Virus record (IMG/VR): IMGVR_UViG_3300010883_000001
Location: 1-64,000 of that record
Length of the DNA: 64,000 bases
From: a virus
Direction: 5' to 3' (one strand)
Numbering within the stretch: the stretch's first letter is position 1; each line of letters starts with the position of its first letter. This document shows, piece by piece, positions 56,629 to 64,000 of this stretch. The position numbers were made by a program, and so were the translations under genes. The notes under the pieces were generated by a model, which made no database searches, was not told the DNA's origin, and was given only the letters and a program-made list of their open reading frames with translations.

Positions 56629-56696
56629 TTACTACGCAATATTCATGTATTGAAAATTTGCAATTTGATATTTGATTAATTAAAGGAGAGAATAAT

Positions 56697-57488
56697 ATGG
56701 CTATTGATTTTGATGCTCTTAGAAAAAAGTTGAACCAGATTTCTGGGACGAGCAGTCGCAAGGATTCAATGTGGCGCCCTCAGGAAGGTGAGGAACACAC
56801 TGTTAGGGTTTTGTCATTCGCGGATAATGACGGGCAACCTTTTAAAGAGAGGTGGTTTTACTATAATATTGGAAACAATCCAGGCTTGTTGGCTCCATAT
56901 CAATTTGGCAAGGATGATCCAATTCAGGAATTAATTAATAAGCTTCGGGATGATGGGTCCAAGGAGTCTTATGAGTTAGCCAAGAAGTTATATCCTAAGA
57001 TGAGATGTTATGCACCGGTAATTGTTCGGGGTGAAGAAGATAGAGGTGTGAGGATTTGGTCATTTGGAAAGATGGTATACCAGTCTTTATTGAATATTAT
57101 GTTGGATGAAGACTACGGTGATATTACTGATCCCCTTGATGGCCGTGATATTAAGGTTACTTGCACAAAGGCTCCAGGTAGACAGTGGGCAACAACGGAA
57201 GTAAGACCTCGGGGGAAGGTATCAAAACTATCAGAGACTCAGGCAAAGGCTAAGGAATGGATGACGTCTGTCCCTGATCTGGATGATATGTACGCATGCA
57301 AGACCTACGCCGAGCTTGAGAAGATTGTAAATGACTGGTTAAACGGAGATGATGAGCCGACTAACTCTATAGGTACATCACGTGGAGTAGAAACTCCACA
57401 GCCTCAAAAACAAGACGATTCTGCGAATGCACCTCCGGGTAAATATAAAACGCTTGATGAAGCATTCGCTGACTTAGAAGATCTATAG
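56697..57488 (+). CDS. Single-stranded DNA-binding protein (T4 gp32-like)
   Basis: MAIDFDALRKKL, DPIQEL, YGDITDPLDGRDI and an acidic C-terminus DEAFADLEDL. AAGGAG RBS. Confidence 0.8.
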   Translation: MAIDFDALRKKLNQISGTSSRKDSMWRPQEGEEHTVRVLSFADNDGQPFKERWFYYNIGNNPGLLAPYQFGKDDPIQELINKLRDDGSKESYELAKKLYPKMRCYAPVIVRGEEDRGVRIWSFGKMVYQSLLNIMLDEDYGDITDPLDGRDIKVTCTKAPGRQWATTEVRPRGKVSKLSETQAKAKEWMTSVPDLDDMYACKTYAELEKIVNDWLNGDDEPTNSIGTSRGVETPQPQKQDDSANAPPGKYKTLDEAFADLEDL

Positions 57489-57498
57489 AGGTTATAAC

Positions 57499-58686
57499 AT
57501 GGCAAAACAAAAAGGAAGTGTTGCTCAAGATTTCACAAATGATTTAATCAAATCTTTGAATAAAGAGCACGGATCCAGAGTTGCGTATAATCTTGCTTAT
57601 GATGAGTCTCCTACACATGTCAAAAGATGGATATCAACTGGATCAAAGCAGTTAGACTACATTATATCTAATAGGTCAGGTGGTGGGTTACCTGAAGGGA
57701 GGATCGTTGAGATTTTCGGTCCTCCTTCTATAGGTAAGTCACATATCGCAATTCAGATCGCGAGATCAACCCAGAAAAAAGGGGGAATTGTTGTATATAT
57801 TGATACTGAAAATGCTACATCAGTTGAAAATCTAGGACTATTAGGTGTTGATATTTCTAAGAGATTTGTGTATGTTGATACCCATTGTACTGAAGAAGTA
57901 CTGTCCATTGCCGAAGCAACAATTATGAAAGCAAAAGCAATGGATAAAGACGTACCAATTACTATAATCTGGGATTCAGTTGCTGCATCTTCTCCAAAGG
58001 CTGAGTTAAATGGTGATTATGATCAAAACTCTATTGGATTACAAGCTCGAGCTATTTCTAAAGGGATGAGAAAGATTACCGGTATCATTGCAAATCAAAA
58101 CGTTTTGCTGGTTTGTTTAAATCAAATAAGGACAAAGATTGGTGTGATGTTTGGTGATCCTACCGTAACCCCGGGGGGAAAGGCCATACCATTTCACTCT
58201 TCCGTTAGAATCAAATTGGGTGCAGGCCAGAAGATTGAAAATAAGGATAAGGAAGTAATAGGAATACATGTATCAGCTAAGACAATAAAGAATAAAGTTG
58301 CTCCTCCATTTCGGGCATGTAATTTTGAGATCCATTTTGGGAAAGGTATATATGAGCATGAACAAGTTTTTGATATTTTGAGAAAGCATGGAAAAGATAT
58401 CATCGGTGAGTATGAAGTAGAGGTTGGTGGCACTAGCGCATGGAAGACATTGATTGTTAATGATCCAAAAACAGGTGAAGTTATTTTAGAGAAGAAGTTC
58501 TATAAATCTGAGTTTGGTGATTTGATGAAAAATCCTGAGTATTCTCATTTTATTGATGGGTTATTGGAAAAGACACTTGTTCGAGAGATTAACAGCGACT
58601 TCACAATGAATATCGACGTTGAGTCTTATGAAGAGGTAAGATCAGTTGCCTTACATCTCAATGAAGAAATAATTGATCCAGAGTGA
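57499..58686 (+). CDS. recA: RecA/UvsX recombinase
   Basis: ISTGSKQLD, GGLPEGRIVEIFGPPSIGKS, YIDTEN, IIWDSVA, NQIRTKIGVMFGDP, PGGKAIPFHSSVRI and KNKVAPPF. Confidence 0.95.
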   Translation: MAKQKGSVAQDFTNDLIKSLNKEHGSRVAYNLAYDESPTHVKRWISTGSKQLDYIISNRSGGGLPEGRIVEIFGPPSIGKSHIAIQIARSTQKKGGIVVYIDTENATSVENLGLLGVDISKRFVYVDTHCTEEVLSIAEATIMKAKAMDKDVPITIIWDSVAASSPKAELNGDYDQNSIGLQARAISKGMRKITGIIANQNVLLVCLNQIRTKIGVMFGDPTVTPGGKAIPFHSSVRIKLGAGQKIENKDKEVIGIHVSAKTIKNKVAPPFRACNFEIHFGKGIYEHEQVFDILRKHGKDIIGEYEVEVGGTSAWKTLIVNDPKTGEVILEKKFYKSEFGDLMKNPEYSHFIDGLLEKTLVREINSDFTMNIDVESYEEVRSVALHLNEEIIDPE

Positions 58687-58689
58687 CTC

Positions 58690-59649
58690 ATGGAACGACC
58701 GGTACTAATTATTGATGGTCTGAATGTTTTTATACGTCATTATATTGCGAACCCTACAATGAGCGATGAGGGCCAGCATGTTGGTGGGATAGTAGGGTTT
58801 CTTAAGAATTTACAGCTTTTATCTGACAAATTGAAACCTTCATCGATATATGTTGTTTGGGAAGGCGGGGGCTCAGCCAGAAGAAGGGCAATATACCCGG
58901 ATTATAAAAAAGGTCGCCGACCAAAGAAGTTGAATAGATTTTATAGTGATATTCCGGATTCATCTAAGAATAAAAATTCTCAATTAAGTTTGCTGATAGA
59001 GATATTAAAGAAAGTTCCGGTATGTCAACTTTATATAGGGGATTGTGAGGCTGATGATATTATTGGATATGTCACAAGGAATATTTTTAAAGATGATGAA
59101 ATCGTGATAATATCATCAGATCAGGATTTATATCAGTTGATAAATGATAAAGTCATACAATGGTCACCTGGTCAGAAGAAATTTATATATGAACAAACAG
59201 TGATAGACAAGTTTGGTTGTCATCCCGTTAATTTTTGTACGGTGAAGTCTTTTGTGGGAGATCACAGCGATTGTATAGATGGGATTAAGGGTGTTGGGTT
59301 TAAAGCTTTATCTAAGAGGTTTCCAGAGGTTTTGGGGCCATCTCATGTATCTGTTAATGATATTATAATGTCATCACAAAAACTGTCTCAGAAATCAAAA
59401 CTAAAGATATTTAAGTCAGTTGCTTTAGGTAAGAGCGTTGCATTAAGAAATTGGGATTTAATGTATTTAGATACGACAAATCTTGCAGCGACACAATCTA
59501 TAAAAATATCAGGTATTTTAGAACAATTTGAGCCGGTTCGTGATAAAATTTCTATAATGAGAATATTAATACGTGAAGGTATAAAATCGTTTGATGTAGA
59601 TCGATTCTTTATGTCAGTTAGCCAAAGTTTTAGAAAGAGCGGAAATTAG
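58690..59649 (+). CDS. 5'-3' exonuclease / flap endonuclease (T4 RNase H, PolA 5'-exo-like)
   Basis: LIIDGLN, YPDYKKGR, EADDIIG, SSDQDLYQL and GDHSDCIDGIKGVG. Confidence 0.92.
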   Translation: MERPVLIIDGLNVFIRHYIANPTMSDEGQHVGGIVGFLKNLQLLSDKLKPSSIYVVWEGGGSARRRAIYPDYKKGRRPKKLNRFYSDIPDSSKNKNSQLSLLIEILKKVPVCQLYIGDCEADDIIGYVTRNIFKDDEIVIISSDQDLYQLINDKVIQWSPGQKKFIYEQTVIDKFGCHPVNFCTVKSFVGDHSDCIDGIKGVGFKALSKRFPEVLGPSHVSVNDIIMSSQKLSQKSKLKIFKSVALGKSVALRNWDLMYLDTTNLAATQSIKISGILEQFEPVRDKISIMRILIREGIKSFDVDRFFMSVSQSFRKSGN

Positions 59650-61080
59650 ATGTCAGAAAATTCAGAAATTAATTATAGTGAGACATTTGTATCAAACGAT
59701 TCTTTGTTTTCAAATTATGGAAAGCAGTTTCAGGAAAAGATATTCCAAGGACTGATGTCAGACCAGCGCTGGGCAACCCAAATGTTTGAGGTAATGGCTA
59801 GTCACTATTTTGATGTTAAGTATCTTTCTTATCTTTGCGAAAAATATTTTAGTTATTATGAAAAATATCGTTGCTTTCCTACCATGGGATTACTTGTATC
59901 AATAGTCAAAGATGATCTATCTGAAGAGTGTGACTTAATTCTTCGAGATCAGATTGTTGAGTATCTTCATAGAATTAAATCAAACCCATCAGCCGGTGAT
60001 ATTGAGTATGTAAAAGACAAATCGCTGGATTTTTGTCGGCGCCAGGCATTTCGTGGTGCATTAGAAAAAGCTGTTGATCTTATTTCTACAGATAATTTTG
60101 ATAGTGTTGTAGGTCTTATGAAAGAGGCAGTTGCCGTAGGGATTCCAAGCTCTGTTGGTCACGATTTTTTTAAAGATGCTGAAGCAAGATTTGTGAAAAT
60201 TAATAGGATGGCATGCCCGACGGGGATAAAGCGATTAGATGCAAAAGACATATTACAGGGTGGTCTAAGTCGCGGTGAGATTGGTGTAATAACTGCCAAC
60301 ACAGGTGTTGGTAAAAGCCATTTTTTAGTTGCCCTAGGCGCTAATGCAATGAAACTAGGAAAAAATGTATTACATTATACATTTGAATTATCAGAACATT
60401 CGGTTGGTTTAAGGTATGACTCGAATTTATGTGGTATACCAAGCAACGAGATCATAGATAATAAAGATAAAGTCTTAAAAAGATATGAAGATGAAGATCT
60501 TGGGAGATTAATAATAAAAGAGTACCCCACAGGTTCAGCATCCATTATCACGTTAAGAAATCATATAGAAAAATTAGCTTTTAAAGGTTTTAAGCCGGCT
60601 GTAGTTTTGGTTGATTATGCTGATGTTATGAGATCAACTAGAAATTATGATTCACTTAGACACGAATTGAAGTTAATATATGAAGAACTTAGGAATATGG
60701 CAATGGAACTGAACATCCCAATCTGGACTGCGTCACAAGCAAATAGGGAATCTGCTAAGTCTGATGTTGTAGGCCTAGAAAATATGAGCGAGGCATATGG
60801 GAAAGCAATGGTTGCTGACGTTGTCTTATCTCTTTCTAGAAAACCTATGGAAAAATCGACAGATTCCGGTAGATTATTTGTTGCAAAGAACCGCGCGGGC
60901 CGTGATGGTTTACTGTTTCCAATACGCATTGATACTGCTAGATCTGTTATCGAGATTCTAGATGAAAATAGTATAACGTTACAGGAAGCCGTATCACAAG
61001 ATGAGTCTAGTATGAAAACAATGTTAAAGAAAAAATGGGCTGAGGTTCAGGAGTTAAGTTCGTCTATACAGGCAGGGTGA
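59650..61080 (+). CDS. Replicative DnaB-like helicase (T4 gp41-like)
   Basis: Walker A ANTGVGKS, YTFEL, VLVDYAD, IWTASQANR and VAKNRAG. Confidence 0.92.
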   Translation: MSENSEINYSETFVSNDSLFSNYGKQFQEKIFQGLMSDQRWATQMFEVMASHYFDVKYLSYLCEKYFSYYEKYRCFPTMGLLVSIVKDDLSEECDLILRDQIVEYLHRIKSNPSAGDIEYVKDKSLDFCRRQAFRGALEKAVDLISTDNFDSVVGLMKEAVAVGIPSSVGHDFFKDAEARFVKINRMACPTGIKRLDAKDILQGGLSRGEIGVITANTGVGKSHFLVALGANAMKLGKNVLHYTFELSEHSVGLRYDSNLCGIPSNEIIDNKDKVLKRYEDEDLGRLIIKEYPTGSASIITLRNHIEKLAFKGFKPAVVLVDYADVMRSTRNYDSLRHELKLIYEELRNMAMELNIPIWTASQANRESAKSDVVGLENMSEAYGKAMVADVVLSLSRKPMEKSTDSGRLFVAKNRAGRDGLLFPIRIDTARSVIEILDENSITLQEAVSQDESSMKTMLKKKWAEVQELSSSIQAG

Positions 61081-63576
61081 TTGACAATGAAAAAAAAGGC
61101 GTTTACCTACAAGCAGGCCTTTGGTGATAGTTTAGAGTATTTTGATGGTGATGATTTAGCTGCTAATGTTTTCATTACAAAGTATGCGTTAACAGATAAG
61201 CACGGAAATATATATGAAAATACTCCGCAACAGATGCATAAAAGGTTAGCTAAAGAATATGCAAGGATAGAAAAAAAATACCCAAACCCGTTAATGGAAG
61301 ATGAAATATTCGAGCTATTTGATAGGTTTAAGTACGTAGTGCCTCAAGGATCACCCATGTCAGGAATAGGGAATGACCATCAGGTCCAGTCAATTTCTAA
61401 CTGTTTTGTAATTGAGTCACCCCATGATTCATACGGAGGTATATGTAAGACAGACCAAGAGTTAGTCCAGATAGCAAAACGTCGAGGGGGGGTGGGTTTT
61501 GATATATCTACAATTCGCCCAAAAGGGCAGACCACACAAAATTGTGCCAGATCGACAGACGGAATAGAAGTTTTTATGGATAGGTTCTCTAATTCGTGTA
61601 GGGAGGTTGCACAAAACGGTCGACGTGGTGCCTTGATGTTATCTATATCTGTTCATCATCCACAAATTCATGATTTTGTAAAGATAAAGCGTAATTTGAC
61701 TCGGGTAACTGGTGCTAATATTTCGATCCGTCTAACGGATGAGTTTATGAATGCTGTAAAGAATGAAACCCTTGTACAGCTAAGATGGCCTGTGGATTCT
61801 AAGGATCCTATTGTCAAAGAGAAGGTTAGCGCTAGCGATTTATGGCATGAGATAATAGAATCAGCCCACGCGTGTGCAGAACCAGGATTATTATTTTGGG
61901 ATAATGCAACCAGCCTTTCACCGGCAGATATCTATTCAGATCAAGGGTTTGGTTCAACGTCAACTAATCCCTGCGGCGAAATCATATTATCACCATATGA
62001 TAGTTGTAGGTTAATGCTGATTAATTTAAAGTCATTTGTTACCGATCCCTTTACTGACAATGCAACATTTGATTTTGATAAATTTTCAACTATTGTAATG
62101 AAGGCACAACGTCTTATGGACGATATGGTTGATATTGAGATTGAACAGATTGATAAGATAATATCAAAAATAAATAAAGATCCAGAGCCAAAAGCTGTAA
62201 AAAATATTGAGTTAAATTTATGGAAAAACATAAGAGATCGCGCAAAACAAGGTCGTAGAACCGGCTTAGGTATAACTGCGGTAGGTGATACATTGGCTGC
62301 GTTGGGAATTAAATACGGATCAGATCAAAGTATTGAAAGTATTGAGTCTATATATCGTTCTTTGGCAATTGCATCATATCGTTCATCATGCCAGTTAGCA
62401 AAAGAGCGTGGTGCTTTTCCTATTCACGATCATGAGCGCGAAGCGAACCACGAGTTTTTAAGTAGGATATTCGCTGCAGACCATGAGATAGAAGTTTTGA
62501 ATAAGACATACGGTAGACGAAACATTGCATTAACAACGACGGCCCCTGCTGGATCTGTATCAGTCTTAACACAGACGTCTTCCGGTATTGAGCCGGCATT
62601 TTTATTAAAATATACGAGAAGAAAAAAGTTAACTGAGAATGATGTTGATCCTCGAGTGGACTTTATAGATGATTCCGGAGATAAATGGCAGGAGTTTGAT
62701 GTTTATCACCATGGATTTAAGCAATGGATGGACGTAACTGGACTAAAGAAGATTACAGATTCTCCTTATTTTGAGGCATGTTCTAATGATATCAACTGGG
62801 TTCAAAAAGTGAAAGTCCAAGCCGCGGCCCAACGGTGGGTTTGTCATGCAATTTCAAATACAACGAACCTCCCTTCTGACACAACCATTGAAACAGTTAA
62901 AGATGTATATATGGCTGGGTGGATATTAGGTTGTAAGGGCGTGACGGTTTATAGGGACGGCTGTAGATCTGGTGTCTTGATAGGTACTAGTGATAAAAAT
63001 GATAACTCAAAAAACCCTGATTTAGTTGAGAATGCTAATAAAAGACCTGATGTATTAGACTGTGAAATCCATAGAGCGACTATTAAAGGTGAAGACTGGA
63101 CAATACTCGTTGGAATAATGAATGATAGACCTTATGAAATATTTGGTGGTCTATCTGAATATGTTGAAATCCCTAAAAAATATGGTCAAGGAAGAATTCG
63201 TAAACGACCAAGAAAAACAATGTTGTCTAAGTATGATTTAACGATAGGAAGAAATGGCGATGAGATAATTATAAAGGATATAGTAAAAGTTTTCGATAAT
63301 CCTAATCATAGTGCTTTTTCGCGAACGTTATCACTTACTTTAAGGCATGGTGTACCTATCCATTATTTAGTAGAACAATTGCAGAAAGATAAGGACGCTG
63401 ACTTGTTTTCACTTTCTAGGGTCATAGCTAGGTGCCTAAAGAAATATATAAAGGATGGAACAAGGGCTGGAAACGGTACTATCACCTGTAACTGTACAAG
63501 TATAGAGCAAAGTAACGTAATATACCAAGAAGGATGCGCGATATGTTTAACTTGCGGCGCATCTAAGTGTGGGTAA
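61081..63576 (+). CDS. nrdJ: Class II (adenosylcobalamin-dependent) ribonucleotide reductase
   Basis: SISNCF, RRGGVG, RRGALM, EPG, TNPCGEI, TAPAGSVS, KGVTVYRDG and a C-terminal domain ending QEGCAICLTCGASKCG. No beta-subunit gene follows. Confidence 0.88.
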   Translation: MTMKKKAFTYKQAFGDSLEYFDGDDLAANVFITKYALTDKHGNIYENTPQQMHKRLAKEYARIEKKYPNPLMEDEIFELFDRFKYVVPQGSPMSGIGNDHQVQSISNCFVIESPHDSYGGICKTDQELVQIAKRRGGVGFDISTIRPKGQTTQNCARSTDGIEVFMDRFSNSCREVAQNGRRGALMLSISVHHPQIHDFVKIKRNLTRVTGANISIRLTDEFMNAVKNETLVQLRWPVDSKDPIVKEKVSASDLWHEIIESAHACAEPGLLFWDNATSLSPADIYSDQGFGSTSTNPCGEIILSPYDSCRLMLINLKSFVTDPFTDNATFDFDKFSTIVMKAQRLMDDMVDIEIEQIDKIISKINKDPEPKAVKNIELNLWKNIRDRAKQGRRTGLGITAVGDTLAALGIKYGSDQSIESIESIYRSLAIASYRSSCQLAKERGAFPIHDHEREANHEFLSRIFAADHEIEVLNKTYGRRNIALTTTAPAGSVSVLTQTSSGIEPAFLLKYTRRKKLTENDVDPRVDFIDDSGDKWQEFDVYHHGFKQWMDVTGLKKITDSPYFEACSNDINWVQKVKVQAAAQRWVCHAISNTTNLPSDTTIETVKDVYMAGWILGCKGVTVYRDGCRSGVLIGTSDKNDNSKNPDLVENANKRPDVLDCEIHRATIKGEDWTILVGIMNDRPYEIFGGLSEYVEIPKKYGQGRIRKRPRKTMLSKYDLTIGRNGDEIIIKDIVKVFDNPNHSAFSRTLSLTLRHGVPIHYLVEQLQKDKDADLFSLSRVIARCLKKYIKDGTRAGNGTITCNCTSIEQSNVIYQEGCAICLTCGASKCG

Positions 63577-63586
63577 AGGATAAAAT

Positions 63587-63979
63587 ATGGCATATTCTAA
63601 AAAAGTTATAGATCACTATGAAAACCCTAGAAATGTTGGTGCATTAGACAAGGATGATTTGAGGGTTGGAACAGGATTAGTCGGTGCTCCCGCATGCGGA
63701 GATGTGATGCGCTTACAGATTAAAGTTGATGAAAATGAAAAAATAATAGATGCTAAATTCAAAACATATGGCTGCGGATCCGCAATTGCTGCATCTTCTT
63801 TGTTAACTGAGTGGATAAAAGGACGCACAATAAATGAAGCGCTTGAAATTAAAAATACTGAAATAGTAGAATATCTAAGCTTACCACCAGTAAAAATACA
63901 CTGTTCTGTTTTAGCTGAAGATTCAATACGGGCAGCTATAAAAGATTATAGGAGTAAAGTTAGTGAAGTGGACTACTGA
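63587..63979 (+). CDS. iscU: Fe-S cluster assembly scaffold IscU
   Basis: YSKKVIDHYENPRNVG, GAPACGDVM, FKTYGCGSAIA and LPPVKIHC (three Cys ligands plus the HscA-binding LPPVK motif). Confidence 0.96.
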   Translation: MAYSKKVIDHYENPRNVGALDKDDLRVGTGLVGAPACGDVMRLQIKVDENEKIIDAKFKTYGCGSAIAASSLLTEWIKGRTINEALEIKNTEIVEYLSLPPVKIHCSVLAEDSIRAAIKDYRSKVSEVDY

Positions 63980-64000
63980 GATATCACCCCTCTTAAAAGA

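Noticed and set aside
16690-63576. Inteins or group I introns in terminase, helicase, RecA or RNR
   Set aside because: Protein lengths are ordinary, conserved motifs are contiguous, and no splice-junction or LAGLIDADG motifs were seen.
595-63828. Numerous minus-strand and short alternative-frame ORFs in the track
   Set aside because: They lie inside or overlap long, motif-bearing + strand genes, show no recognisable motifs, and read as antisense shadows (for example poly-Ser opposite acidic tracts).
1-64000. Stop-codon reassignment, as seen in some large phages
   Set aside because: Conserved genes are full length in the standard code, and TAA, TAG and TGA all end genes at expected C-termini.
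1-64000. CRISPR array, tRNA genes, integrase or transposase
   Set aside because: No repeat-spacer periodicity, cloverleaf or T-loop pattern, or recombinase motif was seen, and intergenic gaps are short. A tRNAscan/CRISPR scan would confirm.

Overview
This window is a 64 kb segment of a large, AT-rich dsDNA tailed phage (myovirus with T4-superfamily-type head, tail and replication proteins). Every credible gene is on the + strand and uses the standard code. Gene order: large virion/baseplate-fibre proteins (1-11.4 kb); RuvC-like resolvase, primase and a fused Mre11-Rad50 (11.4-16.1 kb); terminase, portal, prohead protease, small head proteins, scaffold and major capsid protein (16.7-27.9 kb); an insert with a structured-leader gene, a stand-alone PAS protein and a membrane-anchored coiled coil (28-29.8 kb); neck and terminator proteins, two paralogous tail sheaths, tube, tail chaperone, tape measure and baseplate hub (29.9-54 kb); then a minimal PolA, HD protein, SSB, RecA, 5'-3' exonuclease, helicase, class II RNR and IscU (54-64 kb). 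The most interesting observations are: (1) a PAS-sensor plus XhlA/holin-like membrane protein cassette inside the morphogenesis region; (2) a probable +1/-2 programmed frameshift in the tail chaperone; (3) a probable nested scaffold gene with its own promoter motif and RBS; (4) two recurrent promoter classes, ATAnTTA and nnnACw-N16-TAnnnT; (5) a candidate structured 5' leader RNA; (6) a shared helix + LxE processing code on head proteins; (7) duplicated giant sheaths. All protein calls come from motif recognition by eye; no database searches were run.
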